A stretch of DNA of 64,000 nucleotides, from contig OZ253449.1 in NCBI GenBank assembly GCA_965261345.1, positions 544,001 through 608,000 on the forward strand, read 5' to 3'. Made by a program: the position numbers and the translations under genes. The stretch is from Chloroflexota bacterium (GTDB lineage Bacteria > Chloroflexota > UBA11872 > VXNJ01). Position 1 is the stretch's first letter, and each line of letters opens with the position of its first letter. Below are positions 27,819 through 37,810 of the stretch, in pieces. Under the pieces are notes generated by a model. That model worked only from the letters and a program-made list of their open reading frames with translations, made no database searches and had not been told where the DNA came from.

Positions 27819-28202
27819 CACCCGGCCCCGGCTCGCCCGCGTCATTGCCGGGTTCGCCGCCAAGCGGCTATGCCATCACCCCGGTTAGAGCCTCGTGGCG
27901 TCGGTCATATGCCCGACTTTTTAGGAAGGCATCGGCATCGCTTGGCTTTCGTTATTGGGGTTGCAAGGTTTTCATTCCCCACCAATCGCAGCAGATCAAC
28001 GGCTCCAGGTGAGCCGGTTTGGCACCGTACCGGACGCCCGGAAATTGCCGACCCACCACCCGGACGGAGGGCGGCCTGGACGATAGGACGCTCCGCGCGG
28101 TCTTTCTGCACGAACTGGCGATAGGCGGTAATGGCAACTGCGTGCGCGTGCGGGCCCGCGCCAGGCAACGGGTCCGAGCTGCTGCCAAAACAGGCAAATC
28201 CG

Positions 28203-29129
28203 TTAGCGCGGCGCAATCAATCCGCGAACGTAGGCAGCGTTTTGTTCCATGGCCCGGCGAAAGTCCCATCCCTCCGAGTAATCGCCCTCGAAGGTGAGGT
28301 AGCCCTGGTATTCCGCGGCGGCCAATTCGCTGATCGCCCACCGCCAGTCAATGTCACCGCGTTCAAGCAGGCTGGTTCGCACAAATGCGGCGCGGTCAAG
28401 TCCGGGCACAAACAACCGGCGCAAGTTTTTAAGGTGTACGTAGGCCGCGTGGCGGGCCAGTTTGGCCATTGCGTCCTCGGACGATTCGATCGGTATCGCG
28501 TGCGCCCAAAGGATGTTCCCGAGGTCGGGGTTCAACCCGGCGTTGGGGCGATCGATTTGATTTAGCAGGGCGATGGCCGAGTCTGAATCGTCAATGTAGG
28601 AATTTTGGTGAATCTCCAACGAGACCACCAGCCCGTGGTCTTGGGCCCGGTCGCAGAGCTGGGCGAGCGTGGCGGCAACCTGGAGTTTCTCGTCGGCCGA
28701 CCGCCCGCTGCCACTGCCCAGAGGACGCTTGGCGCCAACTAGGTATTCGGACGGCAGGCCAGGGATCGCTGCGGCGGCTGCCGGTCCGGGCAGCGTCAGG
28801 TTGATGACCTTGGCGCCCAGGCGATTTGCAATCGCCACCGATCCCAGCAACCGCCGGATTTGAACAGGATCATTTGCTCCCAGTGAAAACCCTCCGGGGT
28901 TGTACGAGGCAGCTTCGAGACCGGCATCGGCCAGTTCCCTGGCCACCTCGTCCAGCTCGGAGGCGCTAAAGGCCGGAAAGTCCTGGTGGGCGGTCGAGAG
29001 CTCGCACCCGTCGAACCCGACCGCGCGGGCCCAGGCAAAAATGTCCCGCATAATGGCGGTCGGCATTTTTTGGCCGGGCCGGTGGCGATACGGATACCAG
29101 CGCCGCGGGTACCTAAAACCCAGTTTCAT
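28203..29129 (-). CDS. Sugar phosphate isomerase/epimerase (xylose isomerase-like TIM barrel)
   Basis: GFDGCEL, LEIHQ, NPDLGN, YVHLKN, YQGYLTFE; start taken at ATG 29129 (the longer ORF runs antisense into the M32 gene). Confidence 0.88.
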   Translation of the reverse strand: MKLGFRYPRRWYPYRHRPGQKMPTAIMRDIFAWARAVGFDGCELSTAHQDFPAFSASELDEVARELADAGLEAASYNPGGFSLGANDPVQIRRLLGSVAIANRLGAKVINLTLPGPAAAAAIPGLPSEYLVGAKRPLGSGSGRSADEKLQVAATLAQLCDRAQDHGLVVSLEIHQNSYIDDSDSAIALLNQIDRPNAGLNPDLGNILWAHAIPIESSEDAMAKLARHAAYVHLKNLRRLFVPGLDRAAFVRTSLLERGDIDWRWAISELAAAEYQGYLTFEGDYSEGWDFRRAMEQNAAYVRGLIAPR

Positions 29130-29294
29130 TTGCACAAAATCCCTTTTCAAATAACCTAATCTGAAAGCTGGCCGCCAATGGCCGTTAGATAATCTTTGAA
29201 CGCCTCGCCCGGACTTGACCGCGCCAAACCGGGACAGGCATTTTTTGGCTATGCCTAAAGACCGTTCAACAAGCCACCAAAGCCGGTGTACCTG

Positions 29295-30827
29295 ATGTCC
29301 GAGCCGTCCAGCGCCCAAGATTTTGCCACCCGTTCGGCCCAGATTAGCGACCTTGGCAACGTCCTTTCCCTGCTCTATTGGGACCAGCGCACGCAGATGC
29401 CGCCAGGCGGGGCCGAAGCGCGCGCTCATCAGATAGCCACAATCGAGAGTTTGGCCCACCAAAAGCTGACCGACCCTGGCTACGCACGCGCCCTCGAATA
29501 TGCCGAGCAATCGGCCCCGCAAGACCCGGCCAGCTTCGAACGCGCCAGTTGCCGGGTCGCACGCCGGCGAATTCAGGATGCGGTGCGACTGCCATCGGAG
29601 TTCGTCGAGGATCTGGCCTGGGCCGCATCGGCAGCGGTTGGCACCTGGGTGCGAGCGCGCGAGCGCGGCGATTTTGCCGCATTCGCCCCGCACTTGGAAA
29701 CCCTGGTTGGGCTGCAGCGGCGCAAGGCCGAACTTCTCGGATACGAAGACAACCCCTACGACGCACTGCTAGGGATTTACGAACCCGGCTTGACCACAAG
29801 CCGGGTTTCGGAGCTGTTTGCGGCGCTGCGCGAACGCCTGGCGGCGCTGCTGGCCAGGATAGGTCCGCAATTGGAAGGCGACTCCGATTCGGTTTTGCAC
29901 GGGCGGTTCGATCCCGATTCGCAGATCGCCCTGACCCGGCAAATAATCTCGGAGCTCGGATACGACTTTCAACGCGGGCGGCAGGATTTAACCGTTCATC
30001 CGTTTGCGGTTTCGATTGGCGGCGGGGATGTGCGGGTAACGCTTCGAACTGAACCGGATTTTCTCGGGATGGCGGTGTTTGCCTCCATCCATGAAGCCGG
30101 ACACGCCATGCACTCCCAGGGCGTACCGGGAAACCTGTCCCGGACCGCGCTGGGCGACTGCGAATCGCTGGTAATCTGTGAATCGCAATCCCGCCTCTGG
30201 GAGAACATGGTCGGCCGTTCGCGGCCGTTCGCTGACCGCTTGCTAGCGGGACTGAGCCAATACTTTCCCTCGGATTTTGCGGACGTTTCGCCCGACCTGC
30301 TGTATCGTGACTGCAACCGGGTTAGGGCCGGCTTTATCCGGGTTGAATCCGACGAAATTCACTACAACTTGCATGTGATCCTGCGATTTGAGATCGAACA
30401 GGAATTAATTTCGGGCCAACTGGCGGTGGGCAATGTCCCCGAGCGCTGGGCCGAACTCTCAGCCGAATTGCTCGGGGTTACGCCGCCCGATGATGCCCAC
30501 GGGTGCCTGCAAGACGTGCACTGGTCGCAGGCGGCGATGGGTTACTTTCCCACCTACAGTTTGGGCAATCTGCTCGCCGCCCAGCTCTACCAGGCCGCGT
30601 TGGAGCAGGATAGCCGGATCGCCGAACAATGCCAGAGTGGGGTCTATTCCGGATTGCTCGATTGGATGCAGCAGCGCGTGCACCGGCACGGGTCCAAGTG
30701 GAACGCCAGCGAGTTGGCCGACTACGAACTTGGGTGCGAGCTCGACGCCGAGCCCTTCCTAAATTACCTGGAGAGTAAATTCGACTCGCTCTATCCATCG
30801 GGCGCAGGAGTGGCCGGAAATGCTTGA
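29295..30827 (+). CDS. Carboxypeptidase M32 (Taq-type)
   Basis: WDQRTQMP, HPF, HEAGH, ESQSRLWEN, IRVESDE, GCLQDVHW, GYFPTYSLG. Confidence 0.95.
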   Translation: MSEPSSAQDFATRSAQISDLGNVLSLLYWDQRTQMPPGGAEARAHQIATIESLAHQKLTDPGYARALEYAEQSAPQDPASFERASCRVARRRIQDAVRLPSEFVEDLAWAASAAVGTWVRARERGDFAAFAPHLETLVGLQRRKAELLGYEDNPYDALLGIYEPGLTTSRVSELFAALRERLAALLARIGPQLEGDSDSVLHGRFDPDSQIALTRQIISELGYDFQRGRQDLTVHPFAVSIGGGDVRVTLRTEPDFLGMAVFASIHEAGHAMHSQGVPGNLSRTALGDCESLVICESQSRLWENMVGRSRPFADRLLAGLSQYFPSDFADVSPDLLYRDCNRVRAGFIRVESDEIHYNLHVILRFEIEQELISGQLAVGNVPERWAELSAELLGVTPPDDAHGCLQDVHWSQAAMGYFPTYSLGNLLAAQLYQAALEQDSRIAEQCQSGVYSGLLDWMQQRVHRHGSKWNASELADYELGCELDAEPFLNYLESKFDSLYPSGAGVAGNA

Positions 30828-32007
30828 AACCTTGGCCCAATTTTTGCTTTTTAAGGCCCTCAATCGATGGTCGGGTTCGCGCCTCGTGCTCCAGCTCCCG
30901 GGCGGCGGCCGACGTGCTTTCGGCCCTCCCGGCGGACAACAGTACGTGGTTACGGTCCACCACAAACGCGCGTTCCTGCGCCTGGCCACGGGCGGGACAA
31001 CCGGCGCCGGTGAGTCCTACATGGACGGGGACTGGACCGCCGACAACCTGCCCGGGTTGGTGGCCGCGGCGCTGGCCAATACCGCCGCGATCTCACTAGA
31101 TGGGCCGCTATCGCTGGGGCGCCGCATAATCGACCTCGCCCGCCACAAACGCCGGGCCAACACCCGCGACGGCAGCGAAGACAACATTCATGCCCACTAC
31201 GACCTGGGGAATGAGTTCTTCAGGCTTTTTCTCGATGCCGAAACGATGGCATACTCGTGCGCTATTTTTGAGCCCGGCGACGATTTGGCCGCCGGTCAAA
31301 AGCGGAAATTTGAAGCGATCTGCCAACGCCTGGACCTGGGTCCGGATGACCACGTGCTCGAGATTGGCTGCGGCTGGGGCGGCTTTGCAATTTACGCCGC
31401 CGCGACCCGCAGCTGCCGTGTGACCGGGATTACCATATCACGCGAACAGCAGGCCCTGGCCCGCCAACGGGCGGCCGAGGCTGACCTGGGCGAACGGATC
31501 GCGATAGAGTACTGCGACTATCGCGATATTTCCGGCAAGTTCGACAAGGTCGTCTCGATCGAGATGTTCGAGGCGGTCGGAAAGGAATTTTGGAACGAGT
31601 TTTTTGCGGTTTGCGCCCGCGCCCTGCGGCCGGGCGGCAAGATGTTGTTGCAGACGATCGCAATCCCCGACTTCGGCACGGCCAATGCCTTGCGGGCTTC
31701 GGGCTGGATTTCCAAGTACATTTTTCCGGGTGGGATCCTGCCGGCGGTGGTTGAAATCGCCGAGTCGCTGGCCGGCACCGGCCAGCAATTGCAGATCGCC
31801 GATGAACGGGAGATCGGGCCTCATTACGTCCAGACTCTTTGCGAGTGGCGGCGGCGCTTCCAGGGCGCCCTGCCGCAGGTAAAGGCGATCGGGTTTGACG
31901 ACCGATTCGTGCGCATGTGGGACTTTTACCTTGGATCCTGCGCCGGGGCATTTGAATCCCGCTCGATCCGCGATGTCCAGCTTCTGCTGGTGCGGCGACC
32001 AGGCTAA
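30820..32007 (+). CDS. cfa: Cyclopropane-fatty-acyl-phospholipid synthase family methyltransferase
   Basis: HYDLGNEFF, YSCA.F, LEIGCGWGG, SIEMFEAVG, KYIFPGG, RMWDFYL. Confidence 0.92.
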   Translation: MLETLAQFLLFKALNRWSGSRLVLQLPGGGRRAFGPPGGQQYVVTVHHKRAFLRLATGGTTGAGESYMDGDWTADNLPGLVAAALANTAAISLDGPLSLGRRIIDLARHKRRANTRDGSEDNIHAHYDLGNEFFRLFLDAETMAYSCAIFEPGDDLAAGQKRKFEAICQRLDLGPDDHVLEIGCGWGGFAIYAAATRSCRVTGITISREQQALARQRAAEADLGERIAIEYCDYRDISGKFDKVVSIEMFEAVGKEFWNEFFAVCARALRPGGKMLLQTIAIPDFGTANALRASGWISKYIFPGGILPAVVEIAESLAGTGQQLQIADEREIGPHYVQTLCEWRRRFQGALPQVKAIGFDDRFVRMWDFYLGSCAGAFESRSIRDVQLLLVRRPG

Positions 32008-32107
32008 CGCCGGCCCCAAACGGCCATTTGCATAGAATTGCGCACACTAAACAACCCGCGGCCGCGCGCGGTATTTGCTTAGCGGCGGCCTAATGATGAA
32101 GGGAATC

Positions 32108-33037
32108 ATGGCGCAAGACACGCTCGCCGGCCCGGCGCCGGCGGCAACGCGACCCCGCAGGAAATTTTTCTGGAAGCCGCGTCCCACCCCGCAGGGCTAC
32201 TGGAAACGCAACTTCCCGTTTTTCCTGCTGCACGTGAGCGCCTTGACCGCGGTATTTACCGGATTAAGTTGGCCGGTGATTGCATTTACCCTGATCACGT
32301 TTTGGGCCCGGGTTTTCTTCGTTACCGGTTTCTACCACCGATATTTCTCTCACCGGTCCTTTAAGACCTCGCGGGCGTTTCAATTCCTGATGGGCGTCCT
32401 TGGCACCCTTTCGATGCAAAAGGGACCGCTTTGGTGGGCCGGACATCACCGTCACCACCATTCGCACTCAGACGGTGAGGAGGACGTCCACTCGCCGCGT
32501 AAGGGCGGCTTCTGGTGGGCCCACATCGGTTGGCTAACCGAAGCCGACCGCAACGACACTCGTTGGGACCGGGTCAAGGACCTCTCGCAGTTTCCCGAGC
32601 TTCGCTGGCTTGAATCAGCCTACCCGCTCGGGGCACTTTTCTACGCCGCCTTCGTGCTCGCTTTCGGATTCTGGTTTGAACGGTCATTTCCGCAATTTGG
32701 CGCCACGATGGCCCAATTCTTCGTCTTTGGTTTCATCTGGTGCACCGTCGGCCTAATGCACACCACCTACATGATCAATTCCGGTTCGCACATGTGGGGT
32801 TCAAAGCGCTATATGAACGACGACGATTCGCGCAACAATCTTTTCCTAGCCCTACTGACCCTGGGCGAAGGCTGGCACAACAACCACCATCGCTATCCTG
32901 GTTCCGAGCGCAACGGGTTTTACTGGTACGAAATCGACATAACCCATTACTTGCTGACCATGCTCAGCTGGACGCGCTTGATCCGGGACCTTCGGGCTCC
33001 GCCCGAGCGGGTGCTCGCCGAGGGCAGCAACACCTAG
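32108..33037 (+). CDS. Acyl-CoA / delta-9 fatty acid desaturase
   Basis: His boxes HRYFSH, HRHHH and GEGWHNNHH. Confidence 0.93.
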   Translation: MAQDTLAGPAPAATRPRRKFFWKPRPTPQGYWKRNFPFFLLHVSALTAVFTGLSWPVIAFTLITFWARVFFVTGFYHRYFSHRSFKTSRAFQFLMGVLGTLSMQKGPLWWAGHHRHHHSHSDGEEDVHSPRKGGFWWAHIGWLTEADRNDTRWDRVKDLSQFPELRWLESAYPLGALFYAAFVLAFGFWFERSFPQFGATMAQFFVFGFIWCTVGLMHTTYMINSGSHMWGSKRYMNDDDSRNNLFLALLTLGEGWHNNHHRYPGSERNGFYWYEIDITHYLLTMLSWTRLIRDLRAPPERVLAEGSNT

Positions 33038-33128
33038 CTTCCCAAGCGCGAGATCCCCTGGGGTTCTGGAACCGGGCGGCCCGAGCGATTAACCTTGGGG
33101 AAAATGCTCCCCATTGGCCAGCGATCAA

Positions 33129-34382
33129 ATGACAATGCAGTGGCCGCAGATGGTGCTTATGCGCCAGGCGCTCGATAACCAGCAAATTGACGACCTCGCC
33201 AGCCAATTGGCGGTTCAGCTACGGCAACGATTGGCCGGTCGAACTTTTGCCCCCGAAACAACGGTGGCAGTGGGGGTCGGCAGCCGCGGGGTATCCCCGA
33301 TCGTTTCGGTGGTCACGACGATCGTGCGCGAGTTGCAAACCGCCGGATTGGACCCTTTCATCGTTCCGGCAATGGGGAGCCACGGCGGGGCGACCGCAGC
33401 CGGCCAGGAAGCGGTGTTGGCCGAATACGGGATCACCGAGGCCGGGGTTGGCGCTCCGGTACGGGCGACCATGGAGGTGGTGGAGCTGGGTCGCGGTGAG
33501 AGCGGCCAGACGTTCTTTGGTGACGCCAACGCCTACAACGCCGACCACGTAGTGATCATCGGGCGCGTCAAACCACACACCGATTTCAAGGGCGAGATCG
33601 AAAGCGGGCTGTGCAAGATGACCTCGGTCGGCCTGGGCAAGCAAATCGGGGCCGAACGAATCCATGAAACCGGCCTAGCGGCCACCATCCCCGAGGGCGC
33701 CCAAGTGGCAATTGACACTGGGAAGCTCCTCCTGGGAGTGGCCCTGGTGGAGAACGCTTTTGACCAACCCGCCTATTGCGAGGTCGTGGGCCCCGAGCAA
33801 TTTCACGCCACCGACCGGCGTCTGCTAATCGAAGCCAAGCGCCTGTTGCCGCGCCTGCCAATCGACCAGCTCGAGCTGCTGGTCGTAGATGAGATGGGCA
33901 AGAACATCTCGGGCGCAGGCATGGACACCAACGTGGTCGGGCTCTGGCGGCTACAGTCGTACGGTGAAAAGGTTCCCGACTACAACTACCTGACAACGCT
34001 GCGGCTCACCGCCGAATCCGGCGGCAACGCTACCGGCATCGGGATGGCCGACTTCGTATCCGGCAGGTTGCTGGCGGCAATGGATCCGGAAAAGACCTAC
34101 ATCAACGGGACGACTTCACTAGTGGTTTCGGGTGCGCGCATTCCCATGAATTTCCCCACCGACGCCGAGACCCTGGAAGTCGCCGTGCGGGTCGCCTCGC
34201 GGTTGGCCAATCGGGGAACGCCGCGGATGGTACGGATACGCAACACCATGGAACTGGAGTATTTCTGGGCATCCGATCCGGTTGCCACCCAGTTGCAGGA
34301 AACGGGGCGGGCCGAAGTCGCCGGTCGGGGCGAGCACTTCGAATTTGACCAGGAGGGCGATCTGGTAGGGGTGGCGGCCTAG
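33129..34382 (+). CDS. LarA/DUF2088-like (lactate racemase N-domain) protein
   Basis: GVGSRG, PAMGSHGGATA.GQ, RVKPHT.F, ESGL.KM..VGLGK, GKNISG.GMD.NV. Confidence 0.8.
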   Translation: MTMQWPQMVLMRQALDNQQIDDLASQLAVQLRQRLAGRTFAPETTVAVGVGSRGVSPIVSVVTTIVRELQTAGLDPFIVPAMGSHGGATAAGQEAVLAEYGITEAGVGAPVRATMEVVELGRGESGQTFFGDANAYNADHVVIIGRVKPHTDFKGEIESGLCKMTSVGLGKQIGAERIHETGLAATIPEGAQVAIDTGKLLLGVALVENAFDQPAYCEVVGPEQFHATDRRLLIEAKRLLPRLPIDQLELLVVDEMGKNISGAGMDTNVVGLWRLQSYGEKVPDYNYLTTLRLTAESGGNATGIGMADFVSGRLLAAMDPEKTYINGTTSLVVSGARIPMNFPTDAETLEVAVRVASRLANRGTPRMVRIRNTMELEYFWASDPVATQLQETGRAEVAGRGEHFEFDQEGDLVGVAA

Positions 34383-35284
34383 CTAGATCGGCCGCGCCAA
34401 GCGGTACGGAACGACATTCGGGCGCCGCTAGCCAATGCCGAACCGGCATAAAGGCGTGCGGCCGCCCAAATGACCAGCGGCGCCAATGCCAGGTTCAACA
34501 ACATCGAAATTAGGACTTGGTACCATTCCAGGACGCCCCGCAAAACCAGGGCGACTACCGCGAAATGGGCAAACGGCGGCAGCATCGCCACCACCTGACC
34601 CCAGGTCTCTTCGCCCAACGGGGAGGCGGCGAGCAGATAGGCGACAAGGTAGGAGAGCACCGCGAGCACCGTAACCGGAAAAACCGCTGAATTGATGTCC
34701 TCGGTGCGTGATACGGTCGCCCCCAAGCCGGCGTATATGGACGCAAAGATGAAGAACCCGTTTAGAAACCAGTAGATACCCAGCAAGGCGGTTCCCAAGG
34801 ACTCGAGCGTAAAACTCAACCGCACTTCAAGGGCCAACGGTAGCACGATGCCCAGGGTCAGGCTGATTGAGATCAGCAGTAACAAAAAGCTGACGAGGCC
34901 GAACAGGCCGACGCCAAGGATCTTTCCGACCAGAAGCTGGTAGGGCCGCAAACTGGAGAGCAGCACCTCGATCACCCGATTGCTCTTGTCCGCAACCACC
35001 GAGGCCAACACGTCCCCGGCAAAAAGGGTGATGGCAACGAACATCAAGGGGGCCGTAACCCCCGCCAGGCCGATTTCAATGGTGGCGATTTCATCGGCCA
35101 GCTGGGTCGGAACCGGGCCGGTGACCAACCTGATCAGGACCGGCAGCAGCAGCAGCAGAATCGGAACCAGCGTGAGTGTTGCCAGCCGGCGGCGACTCCG
35201 AATGCGCTGGCCAAATTCGTAGCGGGTCACCACCAGGATGGCGGTCCAGATTTCCGGTTCAGCCAGATGTATTAATCTGCGCAT
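34379..35284 (-). CDS. ABC-2 type exporter permease (NatB/YhaP-like)
   Basis: V..DKSNRVIEVLLSS.RP.QLLVGKILG; about six TM helices; start taken at ATG 35284. Confidence 0.85.
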   Translation of the reverse strand: MRRLIHLAEPEIWTAILVVTRYEFGQRIRSRRRLATLTLVPILLLLLPVLIRLVTGPVPTQLADEIATIEIGLAGVTAPLMFVAITLFAGDVLASVVADKSNRVIEVLLSSLRPYQLLVGKILGVGLFGLVSFLLLLISISLTLGIVLPLALEVRLSFTLESLGTALLGIYWFLNGFFIFASIYAGLGATVSRTEDINSAVFPVTVLAVLSYLVAYLLAASPLGEETWGQVVAMLPPFAHFAVVALVLRGVLEWYQVLISMLLNLALAPLVIWAAARLYAGSALASGARMSFRTAWRGRSS

Positions 35285-36171
35285 TCCCGAACCGTTTCTA
35301 AGAAAACCTCCGACAGTGAGGGCGGGGTATACGAAAACGAAACCACCGGCCCGGCCAGGCGGGCCGATTGCAACGCCAAATGCAAATCCAGATCGGCGGT
35401 CACCCGCAATCGCACCGCTGTTCCGTTGAGCGAGCGAAGTTCGGCGCCAGGAAGACTCCGCCACCAACCGCTAGCCGCGCTGGCCAATTCGACGTCGAGT
35501 CGACGATAGGCCGAGGCGGCCCGAATTGCGCCGACCGGGCCCGCCGCCAGCACGCCGCCGTGATCAATGATTGCCACGTCGTCGACTAGGTCCTGAACCA
35601 GGTCGAGCTGGTGTGACGAAAAAATTACCGTCACGCCGTCCTGGGCCCGCTCTCGCACCAACCGGCCAAGGGTTTCCACCGCGATTGGGTCAAGTCCGGT
35701 GAAAGGTTCATCCAGGACCACCAGATCCGGATCGTGGAGAAACGCAGCGGCCAACTGCACGCGTTGTTGATTGCCATTAGAGAGCGCCTCCAGGCACCGT
35801 CCGGCGTGATCGGTGAGATCTAACCGCCCGAGCCAGCGAGCGATCGACGAATCGGCGGCATCCCCTGACAGACCCCGCAAGCGCGCAAAATAGCGCAGCT
35901 GCTCCCCGACCGCGATCTTGGGGTAGAGCCCACGCTGCTCGGGCATGTAGCCGAACCGCAAAACCTGTCGGTGTCCGACCGGTTTCCCGCGCCAACTCAC
36001 CGAACCCGAATCGAGCCGCACCAGGTCAAAGATCGCCCGCATGGCGGTGGTCTTACCCGATCCGTTTGGCCCCAGCAGGCCCAGCACCCGGCCCGGCGCG
36101 GCGCACAGATCAAGTCCCCTCAAAGCATGAATTCGGCCGAATCGTTTATGGGCCCTGCATATGGTCAGCAT
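35272..36171 (-). CDS. ABC-2 exporter ATP-binding protein
   Basis: GPNGSGKTT, LSNGNQQR, LDEPFTGLDP, SSH. Confidence 0.93.
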   Translation of the reverse strand: MLTICRAHKRFGRIHALRGLDLCAAPGRVLGLLGPNGSGKTTAMRAIFDLVRLDSGSVSWRGKPVGHRQVLRFGYMPEQRGLYPKIAVGEQLRYFARLRGLSGDAADSSIARWLGRLDLTDHAGRCLEALSNGNQQRVQLAAAFLHDPDLVVLDEPFTGLDPIAVETLGRLVRERAQDGVTVIFSSHQLDLVQDLVDDVAIIDHGGVLAAGPVGAIRAASAYRRLDVELASAASGWWRSLPGAELRSLNGTAVRLRVTADLDLHLALQSARLAGPVVSFSYTPPSLSEVFLETVRECAD

Positions 36172-36208
36172 CTAGGCCATGCTGGACAAGGACGAGCCCA
36201 TCCGCAGA

Positions 36209-37687
36209 TTAGAACGAATAGACCCGTGGCACCGGATTCGTACGCGCATAAGCCTGAGCATCGTAAGCCTCACCTAAAAGTCGATTGAAATTCTCAGCAT
36301 GCGCGGGGTCGCGCGAGAGATCGTTGTGTTCCCAAGGATCGTTTTGCAGATCGTAGAGTTCGTGCACGCCCTTGCCGTGGTAACTAACCAGCTTCCAGCG
36401 GCGCGTGCGAAACATCGTGGCATGGGTCTGATCGGCGTGATCGATCGCCCCGTAGAACTCGGTGCGAACGTACTGGCGGTGATCGAAGCCATCGCTGTGC
36501 CCATCGAGGATGTTTAGCAGCGATTTCCCCTGCACGTGGTAAGGGATTTGCATCCCCAGCGCCTGGTAGAGAGTCGGCGCCAGATCGGTCAATTCGACCA
36601 AACCGTCACAGACCCGGCCACCCTTAAATCGTGCCGGCCAGGAAATCATCAGCGGAACTCGAACCAAGCCTTCGAAGAAGCGACAGCCCTTGAGCACCAG
36701 CCCGTGGTCACAGAGCGCTTCGCCGTGGTCTGAGGTAAAAATTACGATCGTGTTGTCGCGCTCTCCGATTGCCTCGAGATGGTCGAGCAATCGGCCGAAC
36801 TCATGGTCGACCTGTTCGATCATCGCGTAGTAGGAGGCCTGTACCTGGCGGTGCTGCCAGGTCTCGGGCGGTTTGGGCACCGACTGAAAGTCGATCCCCG
36901 CATCACACAGTCGCTGCTGATGCGCCAGATCGCTCTCGGCAAAGTGTGCGCCGGGCAGCGAGTCGGGATCGTAGCGCCGATAGTACTCATAAGGCGCATC
37001 GAACGGCGCATGCGGATCGAATGGATTTATGGTCAGCATCCACGGTTGATCCTCCCAGCGGTTGGCGTTGATGAACTCAATCCCTTTTTCCGAACACCAG
37101 TGGGTCTGGTGAAGGTGCGGAGGGACGTTGTCCTGTTCGGGAGTGGGCTCATAAAGGCCGCCGAAAGTCTTGACCTCAGCCCCCTGTTGGTATGAGACGC
37201 TCGTGGGGTTGTGGGCCATCAGCAACTCGTCGGCATTACCGCCCTGGGCGCGGACCCAATCGGCATAGGCGTGAAAGGGTAGATCGGGACCTTTGTGCGA
37301 ATGCGAGTACTCAAATGACCGGTATCCGTCGTCGGTGCGCTGCTCGGCCCCGCCACCGGCGCCGGCCAAATGGAGCTTGCCGACATTGCCGACGTCGAAT
37401 CCCTCATCGGCCAGCACCCGCGTGATCAGACGTCCGGCCTGTTCGGGCGGAAAGTGTGGGTTGCCGTTGCCCAGTACGCCGACCGCGCTTGGGTACATTC
37501 CGGTGAGGAAGCTGGAGCGCGAGGGCGTACAAATCTGCGTCTGGCAGTGGGCGTGCGTGAAGGTCACCGCCGACTGCATGAACTGGCGCAAGCGTGGGGT
37601 GTTGATATGGTCGTTGTTGAGGCCGTTGATCGTATCAAAACGTTGCTGATCAGAGCAATACCAGAGGATGTTGGGGCGTTTGCGCAT
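36209..37687 (-). CDS. Sulfatase (formylglycine-dependent)
   Basis: PNILW...DQQR, CTPSR, GKLH, TSDHG. Confidence 0.93.
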   Translation of the reverse strand: MRKRPNILWYCSDQQRFDTINGLNNDHINTPRLRQFMQSAVTFTHAHCQTQICTPSRSSFLTGMYPSAVGVLGNGNPHFPPEQAGRLITRVLADEGFDVGNVGKLHLAGAGGGAEQRTDDGYRSFEYSHSHKGPDLPFHAYADWVRAQGGNADELLMAHNPTSVSYQQGAEVKTFGGLYEPTPEQDNVPPHLHQTHWCSEKGIEFINANRWEDQPWMLTINPFDPHAPFDAPYEYYRRYDPDSLPGAHFAESDLAHQQRLCDAGIDFQSVPKPPETWQHRQVQASYYAMIEQVDHEFGRLLDHLEAIGERDNTIVIFTSDHGEALCDHGLVLKGCRFFEGLVRVPLMISWPARFKGGRVCDGLVELTDLAPTLYQALGMQIPYHVQGKSLLNILDGHSDGFDHRQYVRTEFYGAIDHADQTHATMFRTRRWKLVSYHGKGVHELYDLQNDPWEHNDLSRDPAHAENFNRLLGEAYDAQAYARTNPVPRVYSF

Positions 37688-37810
37688 AGTTAATCGTCAG
37701 CGTAGAGGGTTACCTTTTTGATTTTGACAATCGGCGACCGCAGTTTTGATGCCCGGCGAAAATCTGACCGGTAATCTGGACCATTCGGCCCCCAACAGGA
37801 CGTAGCGCCA

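Noticed and set aside
29130-29693. Long N-terminal extension of the sugar isomerase overlapping the M32 gene
   Set aside because: Antisense shadow ORF typical of high-GC DNA; homology starts at 29129.
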